A stretch of DNA of 56,308 nt. It comes from Candidatus Omnitrophota bacterium (GTDB taxonomy: Bacteria; Omnitrophota; Gorgyraeia; Zapsychrales; Zapsychraceae). Below, one piece after another: positions 36,883-46,839 of this stretch. Positions within the stretch are counted from its first letter, which is position 1, and the number at the start of each line of letters is the position of its first letter. The notes under the pieces are model-generated. The model was not told the origin of the DNA, ran no database searches, and saw only the letters and a program-made list of their open reading frames with translations. The stretch is from NCBI GenBank assembly GCA_003528115.1, contig DOGZ01000035.1, positions 5,674 through 61,981 on the forward strand. The letters are read 5' to 3'. Made by a program: the position numbers and the translations under genes.

Positions 36883-37689
36883 ATGAAACTGGATAAAAGA
36901 TCGCGAGACTTGCGCAAAATGATAGTGAAAATGCTTCAGGCCGGGGGACGGGGACATGTCGGCTCCGCGCTTTCCTTAGTTGAGATCCTGCGTGTTCTTT
37001 ATGATGATGTGTTAAGGTTCGATGCCGGTAATCCGCGCTGGCCCCAGAGAGACCGCTGCGTTCTCAGCAAAGGGCATGGCTGTCTTGCCTTGTATGCCAT
37101 TCTGGCGGACAAGAAATTCTTTTCAGAAACGGAATTGTTGAAATTTTCTAAGACGGATGGACTCCTGGGAGGTCATCCGGAAATTAAGGTTCCCGGCGTG
37201 GAGGCCTCCACGGGCAGTTTAGGTCACGGGCTTCCAATCGGTGTTGGATTGGCCATTAATGCCAGATACGAGCGGGCGGATCACCGTGTCTTTGTTATTG
37301 TCGGTGACGGGGAATGCAATGAGGGATCTGTCTGGGAGGCGGCTTTGTGCGCCGGGAAACACCGGTTAAGCAACCTCACGGTCGTCGTCGATTATAATAA
37401 ACATCAATCTTACGCGACCACCTTTGAGGTCCAGGACCTTGAACCTTTTGCCGATAAATGGAAAGCCTTTGGTTTTGGTGTCCAAGAGATTGACGGGCAT
37501 AATATCGAGGAACTTCGTCACGCTTTTACGCGTCTTCCCATTGAAGATCAGAAACCCTCCGTGGTCATTTGTCACACGGTCAAGGGGAAAGGCATCAGCC
37601 GCGCCGAGAATAATCTGCACTGGCACCACAAGAATAAGGTGACGGAGGAAGAGATCCAGAGTCTGTTTGAAGAATTGGAGGTCGGTTGA
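36883..37689 (+). CDS. Transketolase, N-terminal (TPP-binding) subunit
   Basis: GHVGS, LSKGH, GHP, STGSLGHG, GDGECNEG, TVKGKG. Confidence 0.93.
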   Translation: MKLDKRSRDLRKMIVKMLQAGGRGHVGSALSLVEILRVLYDDVLRFDAGNPRWPQRDRCVLSKGHGCLALYAILADKKFFSETELLKFSKTDGLLGGHPEIKVPGVEASTGSLGHGLPIGVGLAINARYERADHRVFVIVGDGECNEGSVWEAALCAGKHRLSNLTVVVDYNKHQSYATTFEVQDLEPFADKWKAFGFGVQEIDGHNIEELRHAFTRLPIEDQKPSVVICHTVKGKGISRAENNLHWHHKNKVTEEEIQSLFEELEVG

Positions 37690-38657
37690 TGCGCAAGACG
37701 AGTCTCGATATGGTTTATGAACTGGCCAAACAGGATAAACGGATTTTCTTTATCGGTTCTGATCTGGGGGTTGGGACGCTACAGAACTTTAAAGAGGAAA
37801 TGCCTGATCGGTTTTTTATGGAAGGCATCAGTGAAGCCAATATCATCGGTATGGCGGCCGGCCTCGCCATGGAGGGAAAGATTGTCTATGTGAATACCAT
37901 CGCGACATTTTTGACACGGCGGGTCTTTGAGCAGGTGGTCATTGATTTATGCATGCATCGTGTGAACGTACGGCTGCTCGGCAACGGCGGGGGTTTAGTG
38001 TACGCGCCTTTAGGTCCGACCCATGAGGCGATCGACGATCTGGCTATTCTGCGGGCCATTCCCCACATGACGATTGTGGCGCCCGCTGATGCCAACGAGA
38101 TGCGCCGTCTGATGCTCAAGTCCGTGGATTATCCCGGCCCAATCTACATCAGGATCGCAAAAGGATTCGAGCCTGTCGTGACCGGGGAGGAGGTGTCCTT
38201 TGATATCGGTAAGGCTTTTCCTATGAGAGAAGGGACAGACGCCTTGATTATGACGACCGGTGTTACCCTGCGCAACGGCCTTGAGGCATCGGATCAATTG
38301 GCCCGGCAAGGTTTAAAAGTTTCTGTCCTGCATGTTCCGACCCTGAAACCCTTGGACCAGTCGACTATCCTCAAGTACGCGGCCAAAGTCCCGGTGATTG
38401 TGACCATTGAGGAACATACGATCATCGGAGGCTTAGGGGGCGCTGTGGCCGAGCTTCTGATGGAAGCCAATTTTAGCGCCCCTAAGCGGTTTAAACGAAT
38501 CGGCATTCCCGATGTGTTTCCTGAAAAATACGGTTCCCAATCGAGCCTGATGGCGGAATACGGCATTACGACGGACAATCTGGTGAAAGTGATTACGCAA
38601 TTCACACAAGTTAATGATCCGGCAAAGGGATGCGCTCCTTCGCGGATGTGGGGATAA
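37686..38657 (+). CDS. Transketolase, C-terminal subunit
   Basis: GISEAN, GPTH, YIR, LKPLD, EEH, GGLG. Confidence 0.93.
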   Translation: MMRKTSLDMVYELAKQDKRIFFIGSDLGVGTLQNFKEEMPDRFFMEGISEANIIGMAAGLAMEGKIVYVNTIATFLTRRVFEQVVIDLCMHRVNVRLLGNGGGLVYAPLGPTHEAIDDLAILRAIPHMTIVAPADANEMRRLMLKSVDYPGPIYIRIAKGFEPVVTGEEVSFDIGKAFPMREGTDALIMTTGVTLRNGLEASDQLARQGLKVSVLHVPTLKPLDQSTILKYAAKVPVIVTIEEHTIIGGLGGAVAELLMEANFSAPKRFKRIGIPDVFPEKYGSQSSLMAEYGITTDNLVKVITQFTQVNDPAKGCAPSRMWG

Positions 38658-38660
38658 CTC

Positions 38661-39323
38661 ATGGGAAAATTATTAGAAATCATTACGCCCTTACACAAAA
38701 AATCTAAAAGAGATTATCTCGGCCGGATGATCAACGAGAAGGCCGCGTGCTCCAAAATCGCGCGGGAATACGGTAAGGATTTTTGGGATGGAGACCGACG
38801 CTACGGTTACGGCGGATATCAGTACGACGGCCGGTGGGAGACGGTTGCCCGGGAGTTCATCAAGGTTTATGACCTTCAGGGCAAAGCGAATATCCTGGAC
38901 GTCGGCTGCGGCAAAGGTTTTTTACTGTATGAATTTAAAAAGCTCCTTCCGGACTGCCGCGTTGTCGGATTTGATCTTTCTTCTTATGCCGTTACCCATG
39001 CCAAGGAGGAAATAAAAGATTGCCTGTTTGTTCATAGGGCGCAAGACCGGTATCCTTTTCAAAACAAGGAATTTGATCTCGTTATTTCCGCGACGACGTT
39101 ATTTAATTTACACCTCTATGATTTAAAATCAGCCTTACAAGAGATCGAACGGGTAGGGAAGCATAAATATATTTCCGTTGAAAGTTATCGCGATGTGGAT
39201 GAGCTGTTCAATCTTCAATGCTGGGCGCTGACCTGCGCGTTGTTTTTTACGCCTCAGGAATGGGTATGGGTATTGAAGGAATTTGGATACACGGGTGATT
39301 ACGAGTTTATCTATTTCGAGTAA
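38661..39323 (+). CDS. Class I SAM-dependent methyltransferase
   Basis: ILDVGCGKG; DGDRRYGYGGY motif seen in glycan-locus methyltransferases. Confidence 0.88.
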   Translation: MGKLLEIITPLHKKSKRDYLGRMINEKAACSKIAREYGKDFWDGDRRYGYGGYQYDGRWETVAREFIKVYDLQGKANILDVGCGKGFLLYEFKKLLPDCRVVGFDLSSYAVTHAKEEIKDCLFVHRAQDRYPFQNKEFDLVISATTLFNLHLYDLKSALQEIERVGKHKYISVESYRDVDELFNLQCWALTCALFFTPQEWVWVLKEFGYTGDYEFIYFE

Positions 39324-39344
39324 ATATTCTTAAGAGAGGAAAGC

Positions 39345-40415
39345 ATGGGCCATTTATATACCCCCATGAAAGTTTTTCATTATAAGGACAAGATTGATTC
39401 TCTTCCTGAAGAGACGGAAGAAATCCTAGCGCCCATTCATATAAGAATCAAACCGACCAATGTCTGCAATCATGATTGCTGGTATTGCGCCTATAAGGCA
39501 AGCGACCTTCAGTTGGGCAAAGACATGGTGACCAAAGACTTTATTCCTGAAGAGAAGATGATGGAAATTCTCGATGACATCATCGAAATGGGCGTCAAGG
39601 CGGTTACGTTCAGCGGCGGAGGCGAGCCGTTCGCCTATCCTTTCTTATTAAAAACGGTCAAGCGGCTGGCGGATTCTCCGATTCTTTTCGCGTCTTTGAC
39701 CAACGGCGCTCGCATGAAGGGAGAAGTCGCCGATGTTTTCGCGCGTCATGCCAAGTGGGTGCGTGTTTCCATGGATGGCTGGGACGGACCCAGTTACGCG
39801 AAATACCGGGGTGTCGGTGACAATGAATTTAACAAAGTTATTCAGAATATGAAAGACTTCAAAAGGTATGGGGGGAGTTGTCTTTTAGGGGTGAGTTATA
39901 TCGTTGATCAGGATAATCAGGCGCATGTCTATGACATGTTGCAAAAATTAAGAGATATCGGCGTTGACAGTGTGAAGGTGTCCGCGTGTATTGTCAGCAA
40001 TGAAGGCCGAGAAACCAATGAATACCATAAGCCGTTTTTTAACAGGGTCAAAGATCAGCTTCAGAAATTTCAAGAGGATAATAAGGATGGAAAATTAGAA
40101 ATCTTCGATGCCTATCATGAGGTGGATGAAAAATTTAAGAAAGATTACCCCTGGTGTCCCTATCTCCAAGTCTTGCCGGTCATAGGGGCGGATCTGAATA
40201 TTTATCCCTGTCAGGATAAGGCCTACAATCTGGAAGAAGGATTAATTGGATCAATCAAGAATCGTCGGTTTAAAGACTTTTGGTTTTCCGATAAGAGTAA
40301 ATTTTTCAAAGTGAATCCTTCAAAAGTTTGTAATCATCATTGTGTGGCCAATGTCAAAAATAAACTCGTCTTGGAATATCTTAATGCCGATCAAGAACAT
40401 ATTGGATTTGTTTAA
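39345..40415 (+). CDS. Radical SAM protein, distant paralog of 34094..35167
   Basis: CNHDCWYC, GGGEP, LTNG; C-terminal CPY...YPCQ...CNHHC. Confidence 0.92.
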   Translation: MGHLYTPMKVFHYKDKIDSLPEETEEILAPIHIRIKPTNVCNHDCWYCAYKASDLQLGKDMVTKDFIPEEKMMEILDDIIEMGVKAVTFSGGGEPFAYPFLLKTVKRLADSPILFASLTNGARMKGEVADVFARHAKWVRVSMDGWDGPSYAKYRGVGDNEFNKVIQNMKDFKRYGGSCLLGVSYIVDQDNQAHVYDMLQKLRDIGVDSVKVSACIVSNEGRETNEYHKPFFNRVKDQLQKFQEDNKDGKLEIFDAYHEVDEKFKKDYPWCPYLQVLPVIGADLNIYPCQDKAYNLEEGLIGSIKNRRFKDFWFSDKSKFFKVNPSKVCNHHCVANVKNKLVLEYLNADQEHIGFV

Positions 40416-41359
40416 TGCGTGATTTTGAATCTTCTCTCAATAGTGAAATTCATCGTTTTGTTATCCTGGGTGACTCCGGTTTTATCGGCACGCATTTGAA
40501 AAGGAGATTTCAATATTTATTTCCTGAGATGGAATGTATGGGGCTCTCTTATCCGGCGATCGATTTAACAAAAGAAGGCGAGGCTGGAAGATTAGCCGAG
40601 ATCTTCGACGGCCATACGGCGGTGGTCCTGTTGGCGGCCATCAAGCGGCAGTTCGGCGATACGTTGGATACCTTTTTGCAAAATATGCTTATGACGGTTA
40701 ATATCGCCCGCGTCTTAGAAAAGCATCCGGTACGGCGGTTTATCTTTTTTAGTTCTACGGCTGTTTACGGCGAGGACATCCACAACACACGTATTACGGA
40801 AGGCACTCCCATTCAACCCACGTCTTATTATGGATTGGCTAAGTATGCCGCGGAGCGGTTATTGACCAAGGTGATGAGCGCGCGGGATGGCGGTTTTCTG
40901 ACGATTCTTCGGCCCCCGCTCATTTATGGGCCGGGTGATTTAGGCGCGACGTATGGCCCTGTGGGATTCCTCAAGGCTGCGCTTCATAAAGAACCGATTA
41001 CTTTATGGGGGGATGGAACAGAACTCCGTGAATTTCTTTATGTGGAAGATATCAGTGAAATTGTCTGCCGATTAGCGCTACGCGCCCATGCCGGGGTGTT
41101 GAACGTCGCGAGTGGTCAGAGTTATACGTTTAGAGATGTCCTGGGTATCCTTTCAGGGCTTCTTTTTTCTGAATTAAATATAACATCGCGGCAGCGGACT
41201 AAAGACAAAGTGGACAATGCCTTTGATAACGCGCGGTTTGTTCAATTATTCAGGGATTTTTCATTTACCGGTCTTGAAGATGGAATGAAATTGACATGCG
41301 CGTTTGAGAATAAACGTCAAGCAGACAAGGCTGAAACAGAAACGGTCGGAAATCCATGA
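40415..41359 (+). CDS. NAD-dependent epimerase/reductase (SDR)
   Basis: GDSGFIG, SSTAVYG, YGLAK, YGPG, REFLYVED. Confidence 0.88.
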   Translation: MRDFESSLNSEIHRFVILGDSGFIGTHLKRRFQYLFPEMECMGLSYPAIDLTKEGEAGRLAEIFDGHTAVVLLAAIKRQFGDTLDTFLQNMLMTVNIARVLEKHPVRRFIFFSSTAVYGEDIHNTRITEGTPIQPTSYYGLAKYAAERLLTKVMSARDGGFLTILRPPLIYGPGDLGATYGPVGFLKAALHKEPITLWGDGTELREFLYVEDISEIVCRLALRAHAGVLNVASGQSYTFRDVLGILSGLLFSELNITSRQRTKDKVDNAFDNARFVQLFRDFSFTGLEDGMKLTCAFENKRQADKAETETVGNP

Positions 41360-42603
41360 ACAGATGCCTTATTTGTAGAACACAGAACGTCGAAGACGTG
41401 TTAGATCTCGGCAGACAGCCGATTGCCAATCGTTTCTTACCGACGGCCGACGCTCCAGAAGCCGTTTTCCCGATGGTGATCGGTCAATGTCAGGCGTGCG
41501 GCATGGTCCAGAGTTTGAAGCCTGTTGCGGTGAACGAAGTCGTGCCGCGCGTGGACTGGATTTCTTATAACGAACCGGAAGGACACCTGGACGCGTTTGT
41601 TGAAAAGCTTTGTCATCTGCCGGGAATAACAAGAGAATCTGTGATAGGCGGGGTGACGTTTAAAGATGACACCACCTTAGCGCGATTTAACAAAAAAGGC
41701 TTTACGCGAACCTGGCGTGTGAATCCAAGAGAGGATTTGGATATTCTTGACTCCCGCTGCGGGGCCGAGATGATTCAAGACCGACTGACCTGCGACGCCG
41801 CGGAAAAGATTGTTCAAAAGTATGGCGCAGCGGATCTGGTGATCGTCAGACACGTCTTTGAACACGCCTATGACCCGTATCTTTTTCTGCAGGCGATCAA
41901 GAAATTAATTCATCCCGACGGTTATATCGTCTTGGAGGTCCCGGATTGCAGCCGCGCCTTCGATAGACACGACTATACAACGCTCTGGGAAGAACATATC
42001 CTTTATTTCACGCCGGTGACTTTTCAAGAGTGTTTCGCGCGCATGGGCTTTTCCCTCTGCCGGTATGAACGTTACCCTTATCTATTTGAGGATTCGTTGA
42101 TCGCGGTTGTTCAGCCTCTTGAGCGAACGGATGCCGTTGAGACATCCGCGGATTTGCAGGAGAAGGAGCGGAAACGAATCAAAATTTTCGCGGACAATTT
42201 GTCTGGACAGTCCCGGAGACTCAGGATGTATTTAAAAGAATATAGACGCGATCAGGGGAAGATCGCCCTTTTTGGGGCAGGCCATCTTGCCTGTGCCTTT
42301 GTGAATTTCTTGGGTCTTAAGGAGGACATTGCTTTTTTTGTTGATGACAATTCCAACAAAAAAGGGCTTTTTATGCCGGGTTCGAGATTGCCTATTTATG
42401 GATCTCATTCTCTCCTTGAAGAACATATTAAACTTTGTCTCCTGAGCCTTAATCCTCTAAGCGAAGAAAAAGTAATAGCCAATAATAAAAATTTTACGGA
42501 TCAGGGCGGGACATTTAAGTCTATTTTTCCGGCCAGCAAACATGTCTTAGAACTATTGGCTGTTGTTGACGAGGAACATAAACATGCGCATCAAGGTTTA
42601 TAA
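41356..42603 (+). CDS. NDP-sugar C-methyltransferase-like protein (divergent)
   Basis: Zn-finger CLIC...CQAC, EEHILYF, C-terminal FGAGH...VDD...KKGLFMPG; SAM motif degenerate. Confidence 0.8.
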   Translation: MNRCLICRTQNVEDVLDLGRQPIANRFLPTADAPEAVFPMVIGQCQACGMVQSLKPVAVNEVVPRVDWISYNEPEGHLDAFVEKLCHLPGITRESVIGGVTFKDDTTLARFNKKGFTRTWRVNPREDLDILDSRCGAEMIQDRLTCDAAEKIVQKYGAADLVIVRHVFEHAYDPYLFLQAIKKLIHPDGYIVLEVPDCSRAFDRHDYTTLWEEHILYFTPVTFQECFARMGFSLCRYERYPYLFEDSLIAVVQPLERTDAVETSADLQEKERKRIKIFADNLSGQSRRLRMYLKEYRRDQGKIALFGAGHLACAFVNFLGLKEDIAFFVDDNSNKKGLFMPGSRLPIYGSHSLLEEHIKLCLLSLNPLSEEKVIANNKNFTDQGGTFKSIFPASKHVLELLAVVDEEHKHAHQGL

Positions 42604-43120
42604 TCCTGAAGTTCTTTATTCCGAGGATGGGATCGTTAAAATCCGCCGGCAGGATATGGAGCAGTTAGAACGTAAGGCCCAGGAAAATGACCGGCAACGG
42701 ATCCGGCTGTGCGCCCATAAGGATGTGAATGATCGACTGCATGAAATGTTTATTATTCACGCGCGGGATACCTATGTCCGGCCGCATAAACATTTGAACA
42801 AGAGTGAATCGTTCCATGTTATCGAGGGGGCCGTTGATGTTGTGTTCTTTGACGAAGAGGGAGGGCTCAGCGATGTCGTCCGGATGGGGGATTATTCCTC
42901 GGGGAGGTTTTTTTATTACCGAATCGCACAGCCGCTGTATCACACCCTGCGCATCACTTCGGAAATTTTGGTTTTTCACGAAACCACCAGCGGCCCATTC
43001 AATCGTTCGGAGATGGTCTTTGCGCCCTGGGCCCCGGAGGAAGGTGAAACAGGGCGGCATAAAGAATATATGAAAAAACTTTCACAAGATGTCGACGCTT
43101 TTTCCGCTAGAGAGAGTTGA
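42584..43120 (+). CDS. WbuC-family cupin metalloprotein
   Basis: RIRLCAH, HEM, YVRPHKH-KSES, YH, HE--SGPF; GAGGA RBS. Confidence 0.87.
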   Translation: MRIKVYNPEVLYSEDGIVKIRRQDMEQLERKAQENDRQRIRLCAHKDVNDRLHEMFIIHARDTYVRPHKHLNKSESFHVIEGAVDVVFFDEEGGLSDVVRMGDYSSGRFFYYRIAQPLYHTLRITSEILVFHETTSGPFNRSEMVFAPWAPEEGETGRHKEYMKKLSQDVDAFSARES

Positions 43121-43169
43121 CGTTATAAAAGATTGGACACGCGGTTTAGCCATAATACCAGGAGGTTGT

Positions 43170-44459
43170 ATGAGCGATAGGATGAGCGCGGAACAAACCT
43201 TAGGGGAGGAAACGAAGAAGCCTCCCGTTATTTATCGGCGGGCGACATGCCGTTTATGCGGCAGCCGGCATCTGCAACTGGCCATGGCCCTGAAGCCGAC
43301 GCCGGTGGCGGACGCCTATATGCCTGCCGACCGGCAAAACAAACAGCAGCCTGTGTTTCCGCTCGACCTTTATTTATGTTTGGATTGCGGATTGGCCCAT
43401 TTACCTGATGTGATTGATCCGCAGGTCCTTTATGGAAAGTATATTTATGAAACGACCACGTCTCCCGGGTTGGTGGCGCATTTCCAAAAATACGCTGAGC
43501 GTGTCCTTCAACGGATAGGTCCTGCCTCCGAGGCCTTTGTTGTGGAGATAGGAAGCAATGACGGGACACTGTTAAAGTTTTTTCAAAAACAGGGTTTGAG
43601 GGTTTTGGGGATTGATCCGGCCGCGGCTATCGCCCAAAAAACAACCGCGTCAGGGACCGAAACCCTGCCTTCCTTTTTTAGCCCCGCGCTTGCTCAAAAG
43701 ATTAAAAAAGAGCGGGGAGCGGCCGACATCATCATTGCCAACAATGTCATGGCCAATATAGATAATTTGGAGGAATTCCTTACCGGGATAAAAGACTTAT
43801 TAGCGCCTGAGGGGGTGTTTATCTTTGAGACGGGCTATCTGGTAGATACCATGCAAAACATGGTCTTTGATAATATTTACCATGAACATCTATGCTATTT
43901 TTCCGTGAAGCCTCTTGATAAATTTTTTAGTAAGCATGGAATGTCCCTGATTTACATCGATAGGGTCCCTACCAAAGGCGGGTCCATACGGGGCACGGTG
44001 CAATGGGCGGCCGGCCGGCGGAAGGTGGATAGTTCCGTCAAAGAAGCGATTCAACTAGAAGAGAATCTGGGGGTAGATAGGATTGACGCCTACCGGACTT
44101 TTGTGGGCAAGATAGATACACAGAAGGCAAAACTCACGAAATTATTGAATGATCTGAAGAAACAAGGAAAGACGATAGCCGGCTACGGGGCCTCGCACAG
44201 CGTGACAACTTTTATTTATTATTTTGATCTTGGTGAAGCGCTGGAGTTTCTTTTGGATGATAATCCGCGAAAATATCAGACGTTGAGCCCGGGATGGCAT
44301 ATCCCTGTTTATCCCTCGCAGAAAATATACGACAATAAACCGGATTATATCGTGATCCTGGCATGGAGATTTTATGAACAAATCGTGAATACGCATCAGG
44401 CTTTTCTGAAACAAGGGGGGCATTTTATCATCCCTTTGCCTGAGCTTGAAGTGATTTAA
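43170..44459 (+). CDS. NDP-hexose C-methyltransferase (TylCIII/EryBIII type)
   Basis: CRLC...CLDC, VEIGSNDG, IYHEHLCYF, GYGA, ILAW; GGAGG RBS before ATG 43170. Confidence 0.9.
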   Translation: MSDRMSAEQTLGEETKKPPVIYRRATCRLCGSRHLQLAMALKPTPVADAYMPADRQNKQQPVFPLDLYLCLDCGLAHLPDVIDPQVLYGKYIYETTTSPGLVAHFQKYAERVLQRIGPASEAFVVEIGSNDGTLLKFFQKQGLRVLGIDPAAAIAQKTTASGTETLPSFFSPALAQKIKKERGAADIIIANNVMANIDNLEEFLTGIKDLLAPEGVFIFETGYLVDTMQNMVFDNIYHEHLCYFSVKPLDKFFSKHGMSLIYIDRVPTKGGSIRGTVQWAAGRRKVDSSVKEAIQLEENLGVDRIDAYRTFVGKIDTQKAKLTKLLNDLKKQGKTIAGYGASHSVTTFIYYFDLGEALEFLLDDNPRKYQTLSPGWHIPVYPSQKIYDNKPDYIVILAWRFYEQIVNTHQAFLKQGGHFIIPLPELEVI

Positions 44460-44508
44460 GAATAAGTTTATAACATGGTTAAGATTAAATACGGGACGAG
44501 GATAATTT

Positions 44509-45588
44509 ATGCGTGAGATTTCCTGGTGGCGGACATCCTTTGGAAATGAGGAGGTCGAGAGATTAAGAAAGGCTGTCGCGGAGGAACATATCAGCGAAGG
44601 GACGCTGACAAGGCAATTGGAACAAGAACTTGCTCAGAGTCTGGGGGTTCCCCATACCGTGATGACGACCAGCGGCAGCAGCGCGCTTCTCCTGGCGCTT
44701 ATGGCGTTGGGGATCGGACGAGACGACGAGGTGTTGGTCCCGAACCGGACATGGATTGCCACGGCGCACGCGGTCCTCATGACCGGCGCCAAGGCGGTCT
44801 TGGTCGATGTCTGTCCGGATATTCCGGTTATGGACGCCTCAAAGATAAAGGAAAAAATTACGTCAAAGACTAAAGCTATTTTGCCGGTGCATCTCAACGG
44901 CCGGTCGGTTGATATGCAGGCCATTGAGAAGATCGCTAAGGAGTATGGTTTATTGGTCGTTGAAGACGCCGCCCAAGCGCTTTATTCAAAGAATTCAAAA
45001 GGTTTTTTAGGAACACAATCCAACGCGGGATGTTTTTCTTTAGGCATCAGCAAGCTGATTTCAACAGGCCAGGGCGGATTCGTCGTTACGAGAAATCCGC
45101 AGGTGTATGAGAAATTAAAATTGATTAAGAACCACGGGGTTGTGGATATTTTTACGGACACCTGGAATCAGATGGGTTTTAATTTCAAGTTTACGGATCT
45201 TTTGGCCTCGTTTGGTCTCGTGCAAATGACTCACGCGGAAGAGCGGATTAAGCATCTTAAGGAATTGTACGCTAGATATTCTCAGGCGATGAAAGACTTA
45301 CCGTTCCTCTCCCTCATTCCTGTGAAAATTTCCGAGGGCGAATTTCCTTTATATATCGAGGTTTTATGCAAGCAAAGAAAGAAGCTGATTGAGTTCCTTA
45401 AAGACAAGGGAATCCAAACGCGCCCGGTCCCGCCGAATTTGAGCATCTCCGGTTATTTAGAGAAGAGAGGGACGTTTCCGAACTCAGAACGTTTTGGCAA
45501 TGAGGGGATTTATTTGCCGTGCGGTCCGGCGCAGCCGCTGGAAAATGTCGAAGCCGTTATTAAAATGTTAAATAAATTCAAGGAATAG
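44509..45588 (+). CDS. DegT/DnrJ/EryC1/StrS PLP-dependent sugar aminotransferase
   Basis: SGSSAL, PVHLNG, EDAAQA, SKLISTGQGG, GFNFK, LP. Confidence 0.92.
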   Translation: MREISWWRTSFGNEEVERLRKAVAEEHISEGTLTRQLEQELAQSLGVPHTVMTTSGSSALLLALMALGIGRDDEVLVPNRTWIATAHAVLMTGAKAVLVDVCPDIPVMDASKIKEKITSKTKAILPVHLNGRSVDMQAIEKIAKEYGLLVVEDAAQALYSKNSKGFLGTQSNAGCFSLGISKLISTGQGGFVVTRNPQVYEKLKLIKNHGVVDIFTDTWNQMGFNFKFTDLLASFGLVQMTHAEERIKHLKELYARYSQAMKDLPFLSLIPVKISEGEFPLYIEVLCKQRKKLIEFLKDKGIQTRPVPPNLSISGYLEKRGTFPNSERFGNEGIYLPCGPAQPLENVEAVIKMLNKFKE

Positions 45589-45651
45589 GATGCGGTTTCG
45601 ATCAAGAATTGAGTACTACCTTACAGGGAATTCATGAGAAAGTGGTGACCT

Positions 45652-46839
45652 ATGAAAAAATTTGATGCCATAAAAGTCGGCGACAGGGCTGAAATAAAAC
45701 ATTTAATCACTCAGTCGGATATTGACCGATTTGTTGAATTGACAGGCGACGATAACAGGATGCATGTGGATAAGGAATATGCGCAACAGACGGCTTACAA
45801 GAAGCCAGTTGCCCATGGGATGTTGGGAGCATCATTTATTTCTACGGTTATAGGCACAAAGTTGCCGGGCGATGGTGCCTTGTGGTTTGCCCAGAATCTG
45901 GAATTTTTGCTGCCTGTTAGAGTGGGAGATACGCTGGTCGTAAAAGCTGAAGTTATGAATAAGATCGAAAGAACAGAAACCATTGAATTAAAAACAGAAA
46001 TTTTTAATCAAAATAAGCAGAAGGTTACGACTGGCATGGCGAAAGTAAAAGTCGTTGAACAAAAGAAAGTTCCGACTCTAAGTAAAAGTAAAAAGATTAA
46101 ACAACATGTTGCTTTAGTTGTAGGGGGGACAGGAGGGATCGGTCAAGCTGCCTGCCTGCAGTTAGCCAAAGATGGTTTTGATGTGGCCATTCATTATTGC
46201 AAAAATAAGGCATTGGCTGAAGAAATCCAGAAAAAGATAGTAGCTATGGGACGAAAAGCTCTTTTGGTTAAAGCTGATATAACCGATTTGCATCAAGTTG
46301 AGGATGCCATAGTCAAAATCATTCGGCATTTTCATGTCATAACGGCAGTGGTAAATTGTGCGACGAGTGAGATTCCCAATATAAAGCTTCAGGACTTGGA
46401 GTGGAATATTATTCAGGATCATTTGGATATACATGTGAAGGGATTTTTTAATATACAAAAGTGCGTGGTGCCGGAGATGGAGAAAAGAGGATATGGAAAA
46501 ATAATTAATATGACAACGCAAGCCATTGAAAAACCCAATGCGCAATGGTTGCATTACATCATTTCCAAATCCGCTCTGCATGGTTTTACGAAAGGGTTGG
46601 CCATCGAATTAGCTTCAAAAGGCATTAGAGTTAATTGTGTGTCGCCGGGTATGACAGATACGGAGCTCATCGCGAATATCCCTGAAAAAGTAAAACTCCT
46701 TGTGGAGGCACAAACCCCTTTGGGAAGAATCGCCAGCCCAGAGGATGTCGCAGGGGCAATAAGTTTTTTGGTTTCAGAAAAATCAGATTTTTTAACCGGG
46801 GAAACGATTAGGGTCAACGGCGGACAGGTAATGTTATGA
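45652..46839 (+). CDS. MaoC (hot-dog) dehydratase - FabG-like SDR ketoreductase fusion
   Basis: N-terminal TGDDNRMH...AHGML...LPG (MaoC/PhaJ); C-terminal GGTGGIG, YIISK, VSPGMTDT, TPLGR, VNGG. Confidence 0.9.
   Translation: MKKFDAIKVGDRAEIKHLITQSDIDRFVELTGDDNRMHVDKEYAQQTAYKKPVAHGMLGASFISTVIGTKLPGDGALWFAQNLEFLLPVRVGDTLVVKAEVMNKIERTETIELKTEIFNQNKQKVTTGMAKVKVVEQKKVPTLSKSKKIKQHVALVVGGTGGIGQAACLQLAKDGFDVAIHYCKNKALAEEIQKKIVAMGRKALLVKADITDLHQVEDAIVKIIRHFHVITAVVNCATSEIPNIKLQDLEWNIIQDHLDIHVKGFFNIQKCVVPEMEKRGYGKIINMTTQAIEKPNAQWLHYIISKSALHGFTKGLAIELASKGIRVNCVSPGMTDTELIANIPEKVKLLVEAQTPLGRIASPEDVAGAISFLVSEKSDFLTGETIRVNGGQVML

Noticed and set aside
36883-38657. Housekeeping pentose-phosphate transketolase
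   Set aside because: The split form inside a glycan operon points to a specialised sugar-building role, although a housekeeping contribution cannot be excluded.
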